Shown here: positions 19,749 through 27,460 of the stretch, piece after piece
How the letters are laid out: each line of letters opens with the position of its first letter
Position numbering within the stretch: position 1 is the first letter of the stretch
DNA from: Cupriavidus necator
Lineage (GTDB): Bacteria; Pseudomonadota; Gammaproteobacteria; Burkholderiales; Burkholderiaceae
Assembly: GCF_016127575.1 (NCBI RefSeq)
Contig: NZ_CP066018.1
Coordinates: 960,001 to 992,000, forward strand
Direction: 5' to 3'
Length of the DNA stretch: 32,000 nucleotides
Notes under the pieces: generated by a model
Seen by the model: the letters and a program-made list of their open reading frames with translations, nothing else
Database searches by the model: none
Told to the model about the DNA's origin: nothing
Translations under genes and position numbers: made by a program

Positions 19749-20783
19749 ATGGCAGCTCTCCCCCACGACCCGCGCCTGGACCAGCTCAAGGCCTGGGTAT
19801 CCGGACTTGGCCCGACTTGGTCCGCCGATCCCGATTCCTGCGCCCCCGCCTCGGCCGACGCCAGCTTCCGGCGCTATTTCCGCGTCAGCACCGGCCATCC
19901 GGCGCATCCCACCGCCATCGTGATGGACGCCCCGCCGGCGCACGAGGACTGCCGCCCGTTCATCCACGTATGCGGGCTGTTCGGCGCGGCCGGCGTGACC
20001 GTGCCGACCGTGCTGGCGCAGGACCTGGAGCAGGGTTTCCTGCTGCTGGCCGACCTTGGCAACCAGACCTACCTGTCGCGGCTCGATGACTCCACCGCCC
20101 ACGCCATGTACGCCGACGCGGCCGCCGCGCTGGTCCGCATCCAGGCCGCCACCCGCCCCGGCGAACTGCCGGCCTACGACCGCGCGCTGCTGCAGCGCGA
20201 GCTCGACCTGTTCCCGCAGTGGTATGTGGCCAGGCACCTGGGCGCCACTCTGACCGAGGCCCAGCAGGCGGACCTGCGCGAAGTGACTGAAGCGCTACTC
20301 ACCAATATCCTTGCGCAGCCGCAGGTCTACGTGCACCGCGATTTCCACTCGCGCAACCTGATGGTGCTCGATGGCGGCGCCAACCCGGGCGTGCTCGACT
20401 TCCAGGACGCGGTGATCGGCCCGATCACCTACGACGCGGTCTCGCTATGGCGCGACGCCTATATCGAATGGGACGAGGAGCAGCAGCTGGACTGGCTGAT
20501 CCGCTACTGGGAGCGCGCGCGCAAGGCCGGCCTGCCGGTCAGCGCCGACTTTGGCGAGTTCTATCGCGATTTTGAGTGGATGGGCCTGCAGCGCCACCTC
20601 AAGGTGCTGGGCATCTTTGCCCGCCTGTACCACCGCGACGGCAAGGACGGCTACCTCGCCAACCTGCCGCTGGTGATGAAGTACACCCGCCAGGTGGCCG
20701 GCCGCTACACCGAACTGCGCAAGCTGATCCGGCTACTGGACGCGCTCGAAGGCGTGGCCAGCCCGGCCGGCTACACGTTCTGA
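19749..20783 (+). CDS. amgK: N-acetylmuramate/N-acetylglucosamine anomeric kinase (aminoglycoside-phosphotransferase fold)
   Basis: The start was chosen at ATG 19749 (MAALPHDPRLDQLKAWV...). The kinase catalytic loop is VHRDFHSRNLM and the metal-binding motif is LDFQDAV. It is divergent from lptD, which is the position amgK occupies in Pseudomonas. Confidence 0.85.
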   Translation: MAALPHDPRLDQLKAWVSGLGPTWSADPDSCAPASADASFRRYFRVSTGHPAHPTAIVMDAPPAHEDCRPFIHVCGLFGAAGVTVPTVLAQDLEQGFLLLADLGNQTYLSRLDDSTAHAMYADAAAALVRIQAATRPGELPAYDRALLQRELDLFPQWYVARHLGATLTEAQQADLREVTEALLTNILAQPQVYVHRDFHSRNLMVLDGGANPGVLDFQDAVIGPITYDAVSLWRDAYIEWDEEQQLDWLIRYWERARKAGLPVSADFGEFYRDFEWMGLQRHLKVLGIFARLYHRDGKDGYLANLPLVMKYTRQVAGRYTELRKLIRLLDALEGVASPAGYTF

Positions 20784-20787
20784 CGCC

Positions 20788-21591
20788 GTGCCCGACAACC
20801 AGCCCGTTCTGCGCGACCACCGCGCGCCCGCCATCACCGCCGCCGGCGAATGGCTGGCCGGCGCGCGCGCGCTCGCGCCGATGCTGCTGGGCGTGGTGCC
20901 GTTCGGCCTGATCTACGGCGTGCTGGCCGTCGGCGCCGGCATGCCGGCGTGGCTGGCCTGCGCGATGAGCGTGGTCGTGTTCGGCGGCGCCTCGCAGATG
21001 ATCCTGACCCAGTTGTGGACCGCCGGCACCCCGGCAGTGGTGATCACGCTGACGGTGGCCATGGTCAACCTGCGCCATGCGCTGTATTCCGCCACCATCG
21101 CGCCCACGCTCGCGCACCTGCCGCGGCGCTGGAAGGCGCTGATCGCCTACCTGCTGACCGACGAAGCCTTTGCCGCGATGACGCACCGGCTTGGCGACAG
21201 CGGCCCGCGCGCCCGCTACCGCCACTGGTACTACTTCGGCGGCGGCTTCGCGCTGTGGGCCAGCTGGCAGCTGTCGACGCTGGCCGGCGTGCTGGTCGGC
21301 GCCCAGGTGCCGCGCGACTGGCCGCTCGACTTCTTCCTGCCGCTGACCTTCATCGGCATCATCGTGCCGGGCCTGAAGCACCGCTCGCACGTGGCCGCGG
21401 CGCTGGCCGCCAGCGTGCTGGCGGTGGCCTGCTACAGCCTGCCGCACAAGCTCGGGCTGATGGTGGCGGCGCTCGGCGGCATTGCCGTGGGCATGCTGCT
21501 GCTGGGCCGCGGCAACCGCCCCGGGCAACGCCCGGCCAGCCGTGGCGCCGATGCCACGCCAGGCGGAACAGCCGGCAAGGAGGCCGCATGA
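20788..21591 (+). CDS. azlC: AzlC-family branched-chain amino acid permease subunit
   Basis: 267 aa from GTG 20788, 4 nt after the amgK stop. It is a polytopic membrane protein with an AzlC-like N-terminal region (LAPMLLGVVPFGLIYGVLAV) and FGGASQ. ATG 20881 is an alternative start but would truncate the conserved region. Confidence 0.85.
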   Translation: MPDNQPVLRDHRAPAITAAGEWLAGARALAPMLLGVVPFGLIYGVLAVGAGMPAWLACAMSVVVFGGASQMILTQLWTAGTPAVVITLTVAMVNLRHALYSATIAPTLAHLPRRWKALIAYLLTDEAFAAMTHRLGDSGPRARYRHWYYFGGGFALWASWQLSTLAGVLVGAQVPRDWPLDFFLPLTFIGIIVPGLKHRSHVAAALAASVLAVACYSLPHKLGLMVAALGGIAVGMLLLGRGNRPGQRPASRGADATPGGTAGKEAA

Positions 21592-21911
21592 GTGCGATGA
21601 CCCTGCTGTGGGTCTTCCTTGCCGCGGGCCTGGCAACCTTCCTGATCCGCCTGTCGTTCATCGCCGTGGAAGGCCGCGTGCGGCTGCCGTCGTGGTTCCG
21701 CACCGCGCTGCAGTTCGTGCCGGCAGCGATGCTGTCGGCGCTGATCGCCCCTGACCTGCTGATGCAGCATGGCGAGCTTGCCCTCACCCCCGCCAACGCG
21801 CGGCTGGTGGCCGGCGTGGTGGCCATCCTGATCGCCGCTCGAACCCGCAGCGTGGGCTGGACCATCGCCGGTGGCATGGCCGCGCTGCTTGCCCTGGAGG
21901 CTCTGTTCTGA
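21588..21911 (+). CDS. azlD: AzlD-family small membrane subunit
   Basis: 107 aa with four hydrophobic segments. ATGA overlap with the azlC stop, and AAGGAGG lies 6 nt upstream. The typical AzlD start ...AGLATFLIRLSF is present. Confidence 0.85.
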   Translation: MSAMTLLWVFLAAGLATFLIRLSFIAVEGRVRLPSWFRTALQFVPAAMLSALIAPDLLMQHGELALTPANARLVAGVVAILIAARTRSVGWTIAGGMAALLALEALF

Positions 21912-22654
21912 TGAAGGCCATGATCTTCGCCGCCGGCCGCGGCGACCGCATGCGTCCGTTGACCGATACCTGCCCCAAGCCGCTGCTGGCGGTGGGCGGC
22001 AAGCCACTGATCGTCTGGAAGATCGAGGCGCTGGCGCGTGCCGGCCTGCGCGACATCGTCATCAACCATGCCTGGCTGGGCGGACAGATCGAAGCCGCGC
22101 TGGGAGACGGCAGCCGTTTTGGCGTACGGCTGGCCTATTCTGCCGAGGGCACTGCGCTGGAAACCGCCGGTGGCATCGCACAGGCCCTGCCGCTGCTGTC
22201 CGCGCACCCGGAGCGCGGCGAGATCTTCCTGGCCGTGTCGGGCGACATTTTCTGCGACTACGACTTCCGCAGGCTGTTGCCTCGCGCGCACGACATGGCC
22301 GGCGCGCCCGCCCCGCGCATGCACCTGGTGATGGTGCCCAACCCGGACTTTCACCCGAACGGCGACTTCACCTTGCAACCGAACGGGCTGCTGACGCTCG
22401 ACGGGACACTGGCCAACGGTGGCGAACGGCTGACATTCGGCAATATCGGCCTGTACGACACGCGCCTCTTCACCGCCATCGAACCTGGCACCAAAATGCC
22501 GATGACACCCTACTACTGGGAGGCCATCGAGGCCGGCGCCGCTACCGGCGAACGCTTCGACGGGCGCTGGGAGAACGTGGGCACGCCGGCGCAGCTGGCC
22601 GAGCTGGATGCGGCGCTTGCGACAGCAGCGCCTGTGGCGGCGCACGGGCGCTAG
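21911..22654 (+). CDS. murU: N-acetylmuramate alpha-1-phosphate uridylyltransferase (nucleotidyltransferase family)
   Basis: 247 aa starting MKAMIFAAGRGDRMRPLTDTCPKPLL (sugar-nucleotidyltransferase G-x-G-x-R motif). The ATG shares nt 21911 with the azlD TGA. Its partnership with amgK follows the Pseudomonas salvage pathway. Confidence 0.85.
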   Translation: MKAMIFAAGRGDRMRPLTDTCPKPLLAVGGKPLIVWKIEALARAGLRDIVINHAWLGGQIEAALGDGSRFGVRLAYSAEGTALETAGGIAQALPLLSAHPERGEIFLAVSGDIFCDYDFRRLLPRAHDMAGAPAPRMHLVMVPNPDFHPNGDFTLQPNGLLTLDGTLANGGERLTFGNIGLYDTRLFTAIEPGTKMPMTPYYWEAIEAGAATGERFDGRWENVGTPAQLAELDAALATAAPVAAHGR

Positions 22655-22723
22655 GTCGACTGACTGGGCGGGGGCTGGCAAGGCGCCCGGACGATCCCGC
22701 GGCCAGCGAGGCGCCAGCGGCGG

Positions 22724-22729
22724 TAGAAT
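22724..22729 (+). promoter_or_regulatory. Candidate -10 hexamer TAGAAT (within GGCGGTAGAATC) upstream of pepP
   Basis: It lies 31 nt upstream of the pepP ATG in a 106-nt spacer. The identical 12-mer GGCGGTAGAATC recurs at 25962-25973. Confidence 0.35.
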
Positions 22730-22760
22730 CGCCCTGATCCTCCTCATCCCAGGCCCTACC

Positions 22761-24164
22761 ATGTCCTCACCCGACAACGCCCTCCTCGCCGCCTGCCGCG
22801 ACCGCCGCGCCCGTGTGCTGCAGCACCTGCGCGCCGGCGGCGGCGGTGTGGCGATCCTGCCCACGGCGCCGGAAGCCATGCGCAACCGCGACAGCGACTA
22901 CCCGTACCGGCACGACAGCTATTTCTATTACCTGAGCGGCTTTACCGAGCCCGAGGCCGTGCTGGTGCTGGTGGCCGGCGCGCCGGGCGACCCCGCCGAT
23001 GCCGACCGCAGCATCCTGTTCTGCCGCCCCAAGCATGAAGAGCGCGAGATCTGGGACGGTTTCCGTTTCGGCCCGGATGGCGCGCGCGCCGTGTTCGGCT
23101 TCGATGAAGCGCATTCGGTCGAAGAGATCGACGCCGCGCTGCCGCCGCTGCTGGCCAACCGCGCGCAGATTGCCTACCCGCTGGCCGACTCGACCCGCAC
23201 CGACGTGCAGATGCGGCGCTGGATGGACGCCGTGCGCATGCAGGGCCGCGCCGGGGTCGCCGCGCCGTCGGTTGCGCTCGACATCCGCACCGTGCTCGAC
23301 GAAATGCGCCTGTTCAAGGATGCCGGCGAGCTGGCCACCATGCGCCGCGCGGCGCAGATCTCCGCCGGCGCCCATGTACGGGCCATGCAGGCCACCCGTG
23401 CCGGACTGCGTGAATACCACCTGGAGGCGGAACTGCTCTATGAGTTCCGCCGCCATGGCGCGCAGAGCGTGGCCTATAACTCGATCGTCGCGGCCGGCCC
23501 CAACGCCTGCGTGCTGCACTACCGCGCCGGCCCCGCCGAACTGAGGGACGGCGACCTCTGCCTGATCGATGCCGGCTGCGAGTTCGACGGCTACGCCTCG
23601 GACATCACCCGCACCTTCCCGGTCTCGGGCCGCTTCTCGCCGGCGCAGCGAGAGCTGTACGACCTGGTGGTGGCCGCGCAGGACGCCGCCATCGCCGAGA
23701 CCCGCGCCGGCGTGCCCTACAACGTGCCGCATGACGCCGCCGTGCGCGTGCTGGCGCAGGGCATGCTCGATACCGGCCTGCTCGACCGCAACAAGGAAGG
23801 CACGCTCGACGACGTGCTCGCCAGCGGCAGCTACCGCCGCTTCTACATGCACCGCACCGGCCACTGGCTTGGCATGGATGTCCATGACGTGGGCGAATAC
23901 CGCGTGGCCAGCCACGGCGGCGAAGGCGAGCGCCCGTGGCGGCCGCTGCAGCCGGGCATGGTGCTGACCATCGAGCCCGGCATCTATGTGCGCCCGGCCG
24001 AGGACGTGCCCGAGCGCTACTGGCATATCGGCATCCGCATCGAGGACGACGCCGTGGTCACCGACGGCGACTGCGAGCTGATCACGCGCGGCGTGCCGGT
24101 GCTGGCCGACGAGATCGAGGCGCTGATGCGCGATAACGCCAATGCTGCCGGAGGTCTGCGATGA
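22761..24164 (+). CDS. pepP: Xaa-Pro aminopeptidase (M24B)
   Basis: The start was chosen at ATG 22761 (MSSPDNALLAACRDRR...). M24 metal-ligand blocks are present: LIDAGCEFDGYASDITRTFP, HRTGHWLGMDVHD, TIEPGIY and IRIEDD. Confidence 0.94.
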   Translation: MSSPDNALLAACRDRRARVLQHLRAGGGGVAILPTAPEAMRNRDSDYPYRHDSYFYYLSGFTEPEAVLVLVAGAPGDPADADRSILFCRPKHEEREIWDGFRFGPDGARAVFGFDEAHSVEEIDAALPPLLANRAQIAYPLADSTRTDVQMRRWMDAVRMQGRAGVAAPSVALDIRTVLDEMRLFKDAGELATMRRAAQISAGAHVRAMQATRAGLREYHLEAELLYEFRRHGAQSVAYNSIVAAGPNACVLHYRAGPAELRDGDLCLIDAGCEFDGYASDITRTFPVSGRFSPAQRELYDLVVAAQDAAIAETRAGVPYNVPHDAAVRVLAQGMLDTGLLDRNKEGTLDDVLASGSYRRFYMHRTGHWLGMDVHDVGEYRVASHGGEGERPWRPLQPGMVLTIEPGIYVRPAEDVPERYWHIGIRIEDDAVVTDGDCELITRGVPVLADEIEALMRDNANAAGGLR

Positions 24165-24640
24165 TCGGCTGGCTGCGCAGGATCTTTCCGGGCCAGGCCC
24201 GCAGCGGCAGCAATGCTGGCAGCGACCGCCGGCCCGATCCGTCCGAACCCTTCATCATCAACCTGTACGACGACCGCGTGGTGGTGCACCGCCCCGACGG
24301 CCAGCGCGAGGAAGTCGCCTGGGACACGCTCGAGCGCGTGGTGGTCCGGGTGTCCGACCGCGCGCCCTGGGCCGGCACGGCCTGGCTGATCCTGATCGGC
24401 ACGCCCGATTCGGGCCAGGGCTGCGTGGCGCCGCTGAATGCCGCCAACCATGGTGCACTGCTTGAGCAGCTGCGCGCACTGCCGGGTTTCAACCACCAGA
24501 AGCTCGAGAACGCGCTGCGCGACGCCGCGGCCGGCAAATCGCGCTCGGATGCGATCTGCTGGAAGCGCGATGCGGCAGCACCAACGGAGGCGGATGCGGG
24601 TCATGCAGGAGGCAGCGACGATGCCGGCCGCGCAGCCTGA
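24161..24640 (+). CDS. Hypothetical protein (159 aa) between pepP and ubiH
   Basis: ATGA overlap with the pepP stop. Third positions are GC-rich throughout. There is no TM segment, signal peptide or recognisable motif. The 3' end overlaps the likely ubiH start by 20 nt. Confidence 0.6.
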   Translation: MIGWLRRIFPGQARSGSNAGSDRRPDPSEPFIINLYDDRVVVHRPDGQREEVAWDTLERVVVRVSDRAPWAGTAWLILIGTPDSGQGCVAPLNAANHGALLEQLRALPGFNHQKLENALRDAAAGKSRSDAICWKRDAAAPTEADAGHAGGSDDAGRAA

Positions 24641-25859
24641 TTTCCAAAGCCTGCGCGATATCGCCATCGTCGGCGGCGGCCCGGTCGGGCTGGCGCTGGC
24701 CTGCCAGTTGCTCCGCACTACCAGCTGGCGCCTGACACTGGTCGATGCCGCCACGCCGGCGCGCGCCGCGCGCGATCCGCGCGCGATCGCGCTGTCGCAT
24801 GGCAGCCGCCAGCTGCTGGAGCAGATCGGCGCCTGGCCGGTGCCCGGCAGCCCGATCGAGCATATCCATGTCTCGCAGCGCGGCCGCTTCGGCCATGTGC
24901 GGCTGCACCATGACGACTACGGCGTGCCGGCGCTCGGTTACGTGGTCCGCTACGGCGACTTGTGCGAGGCACTGGAGCGCGCGCTCGCCCATGCCGCGCA
25001 GGCGGCGGGCGAAGGCCGGCTGCAGCGTGTGTTCGAGACCCGCATCGACCAGATCGCACAGGATCCTGCGCCGAGCGCCGCGGACGATCCCGATGCCGGC
25101 GCCGTGCAACTGGCCGGCACCGGCCACGACGGCCAGGTGGCACACCTGGCCGCGCGCCTGGTGGTGCAGGCCGAGGGCGGGCTGTTCCACCAGCAGGCCG
25201 CCCACCAGGGCCGCGGCGCGCGCACGCGCGACTACCGCCAGACCGCGGTGATCGCCCATGTGACCTGCTCGCGCCCGCAGCCGGGCTGGGCCTGGGAGCG
25301 CTTTACCGACGAAGGCCCGCTGGCGCTGCTGCCGCACGAGGAGCATGGCGTGCCGGGCTATGCGCTGGTGTGGTGCTGCCCGCCGGACCAGGCCGCGCGG
25401 CGCATCGCGCTGCCGGAAGCGGAGTTCGCGGCGGAACTGGGCCGGGCCTTTGGCGACCGCATGGGCCATTTCACGCTGGCCGGCAAGCGCCATGCCTTCC
25501 CGCTCGGCCTGAATGCGGCCCCGGTGACCGTCAACGGCCGCGTGGCGGCGGTCGGCAATGCCGCGCAAACGCTGCACCCGGTGGCCGGACAGGGACTCAA
25601 CCTGGGCTTGCGCGACGCCTTCGCGCTGGCCGATTCGCTGCGCAGCGCCTGCACGCCGCAGGCGCTGCAAGCCTTCGCCAGCCGCCACCGGCTCGACCGC
25701 GCCGTCACCATCGGCGTGACCGACCTGCTGCCACGTGTGTTCGGCATCGCCTACCCCCTGGCCGCGCACGCGCGGGGCGCGTCGCTGGCCGTGCTGGCCT
25801 GCCTGCCGCCGCTGCGGCATGCGCTGGCGCGCCACATGATGTTCGGGATGCGTCGCTGA
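24621..25859 (+). CDS. ubiH: FAD-dependent ubiquinone-biosynthesis hydroxylase (UbiH/UbiF/VisC family, probably UbiH)
   Basis: The start was chosen at ATG 24621, with AGGAGG 8 nt upstream. In-frame ATGs at 24594 and 24603 are alternatives. The FAD fingerprint is IAIVGGGPVGLALA and the family motif is GNAAQTLHPVAGQGLNLGLRD. The pepP-ubiH order matches E. coli. Confidence 0.85.
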   Translation: MPAAQPDFQSLRDIAIVGGGPVGLALACQLLRTTSWRLTLVDAATPARAARDPRAIALSHGSRQLLEQIGAWPVPGSPIEHIHVSQRGRFGHVRLHHDDYGVPALGYVVRYGDLCEALERALAHAAQAAGEGRLQRVFETRIDQIAQDPAPSAADDPDAGAVQLAGTGHDGQVAHLAARLVVQAEGGLFHQQAAHQGRGARTRDYRQTAVIAHVTCSRPQPGWAWERFTDEGPLALLPHEEHGVPGYALVWCCPPDQAARRIALPEAEFAAELGRAFGDRMGHFTLAGKRHAFPLGLNAAPVTVNGRVAAVGNAAQTLHPVAGQGLNLGLRDAFALADSLRSACTPQALQAFASRHRLDRAVTIGVTDLLPRVFGIAYPLAAHARGASLAVLACLPPLRHALARHMMFGMRR

Positions 25860-25867
25860 CCCCGCCA

Positions 25868-25883
25868 GTGGCGCAAGCGCCAC
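25868..25883 (+). terminator. Short hairpin after ubiH (GTGGCG-CAAG-CGCCAC), followed by a second GCGCCAC-containing repeat
   Basis: The inverted repeat starts 9 nt after the ubiH stop. No U-tract. Confidence 0.25.
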
Positions 25884-25966
25884 GCGCATGGCGGCGTTTG
25901 CGCCACGGCCCCTGCCCGGTTGCGCTCCGGATGCTCAAATCTTGGGCAATGGCGATGGTTTGGCGG

Positions 25967-25972
25967 TAGAAT
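25967..25972 (+). promoter_or_regulatory. Candidate -10 hexamer TAGAAT (within GGCGGTAGAATC) for the dusB-fis-purH unit
   Basis: TAGAAT is followed by a GC-rich discriminator-like CCTGCCC. TTGGGC lies 19 nt upstream as a poor -35. The element is 175 nt upstream of the dusB GTG. Confidence 0.35.
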
Positions 25973-25984
25973 CCTGCCCTCGCA

Positions 25985-26032
25985 CATGTCCCGATCCAAG
26001 GCCGGCTGCAGTTTCGGCAGGGGCATGTTTTT
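25985..26032 (+). terminator. Terminator-like or attenuator-like hairpin plus T5 run in the dusB leader
   Basis: CAUGUCCC (25985-25992) pairs with GGGGCAUG (26020-27), giving 8 bp including one G-U. An inner GCCG/CGGC stem spans 26001-04 and 26015-18. TTTTT follows directly at 26028-32. Confidence 0.35.
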
Positions 26033-26146
26033 CCGTTTCGTCTTCCGTCTCAGAGCAGGCTGTCCCGACCCCTTCCCTGGCGCCATCCACGCCGCGAGGG
26101 GAACGCTACGGTCACCGGGACGGCCTCTCAGAACCGCCGCCCAACC

Positions 26147-27208
26147 GTGCAGATCGGACCTCACCAACTCCGCAACAACCTGTTTGTCGCCCCGATGGCG
26201 GGCGTGACGGACCGGCCCTTCCGCCAGCTGTGCAAGCAGCTCGGCGCGGGCTATGCGGTGTCGGAAATGGTGGCGTCCAACGCACAGCTGTGGAAGAGCG
26301 AGAAAACCATGCGCCGCGCCAACCACGCCGGCGAGGTCGAACCCATCGCCGTGCAGATCGCCGGCGCCGAGCCGTCGATGATGGCCGAGGCCGCGCGCTA
26401 CAACGTGGACCGCGGCGCGCAGATCATCGACATCAACATGGGCTGCCCGGCCAAGAAGGTGTGCAACGTCGCCGCCGGCTCGGCCCTGCTGCAGAACGAG
26501 CCGCTGGTGGTGCGCATCGTTCAGGCCGTGGTCGGCGCAGTGGGCGACCGGGTGCCGGTCACGCTGAAGATCCGCACCGGCTGGAACCGCGAGAACCGCA
26601 ATGCGCTGCGCATCGCGCACATGGTCGAGGACGCGGGCATCAGCATGCTGACCATCCACGGCCGCACCCGCGCCGACCTGTACCACGGTAACGCCGAGTA
26701 CGAGACCATTGCCGCGGTCAAGGCAGCGGTCTCGATCCCGGTGGTCGCCAACGGCGACATCACCACGCCGCAGAAGGCAAAGCAAGTACTGGCGCTGACC
26801 GGCGCGGACGCGATCATGATCGGCCGCGCGGCGCAGGGCCGGCCCTGGCTGTTCCGTGAGATCGAGCACTTCCTGAAGACCGGCGAGATGCTGCCGTCGC
26901 CGGAAGTGGCCGAGATCCGTGCCATCATGAATGCGCACCTGGAAGACCACTACGCCTTCTATGGCGAATTCACCGGCGTGCGCACCGCGCGCAAGCATAT
27001 TGCCTGGTACACGCGCGGGCTGCGCGGCGCCAACCTGTTCCGCCACCGCATGAACACACTGGAGAGCACCGCCGAACAACTGGCGGCGGTCAATGCGTTC
27101 TTCGACGAGCAGGCGCAGATCTCTGACCGGCTGGTGTACGTGGACGACGCAGCACAAGACCAAGACGAAGCGAACAACAACAAAAACGGGGAGTTGCTTG
27201 CCGCATGA
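26147..27208 (+). CDS. dusB: tRNA-dihydrouridine synthase B
   Basis: 353 aa from GTG 26147. MQIGPHQLRNNLFVAPMAGVTDRPFRQLC parallels the E. coli DusB N-terminus. DINMGCPAKKV contains the catalytic Cys. It lies directly upstream of fis. Confidence 0.94.
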   Translation: MQIGPHQLRNNLFVAPMAGVTDRPFRQLCKQLGAGYAVSEMVASNAQLWKSEKTMRRANHAGEVEPIAVQIAGAEPSMMAEAARYNVDRGAQIIDINMGCPAKKVCNVAAGSALLQNEPLVVRIVQAVVGAVGDRVPVTLKIRTGWNRENRNALRIAHMVEDAGISMLTIHGRTRADLYHGNAEYETIAAVKAAVSIPVVANGDITTPQKAKQVLALTGADAIMIGRAAQGRPWLFREIEHFLKTGEMLPSPEVAEIRAIMNAHLEDHYAFYGEFTGVRTARKHIAWYTRGLRGANLFRHRMNTLESTAEQLAAVNAFFDEQAQISDRLVYVDDAAQDQDEANNNKNGELLAA

Positions 27209-27438
27209 GCCGCAACGCTATCGACCAGTGTATCCGGGAAAGCCTGGACACTTATTTTCGCGACCTGGACGGCGAAGAGCCGTCGAATATGTACAACATG
27301 GTGCTCGAGGCGGTCGAACGGCCGCTGCTGGAAGCCGTGATGGTGCGCGCCGAGCGCAACCAGTCGCTGGCCGCCGCCTATCTGGGCATCAATCGCAATA
27401 CGCTGCGCAAGAAGCTGCAGCAGCACGGTTTACTTTGA
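27205..27438 (+). CDS. fis: Fis-family nucleoid-associated DNA-binding protein
   Basis: 77 aa. ATGA overlap with the dusB stop. The C-terminal HTH is [25 protein letters not shown]. Confidence 0.93.
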   Translation: MSRNAIDQCIRESLDTYFRDLDGEEPSNMYNMVLEAVERPLLEAVMVRAERNQSLAAAYLGINRNTLRKKLQQHGLL

Positions 27439-27460
27439 ATTTGAAGCGTCTCCCACAGCC

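Noticed and set aside
25920-26207. 95-aa plus-strand ORF in the dusB leader. It contains a Phe-rich stretch (MFFRFVFRLR) that could be read as a leader peptide.
   Set aside because: The frame runs into dusB out of frame, its composition does not look like coding sequence, and there is no ribosome-binding site. No phenylalanine-related gene lies downstream to justify an attenuation leader peptide. The T-rich codons simply reflect the terminator-like U-run.
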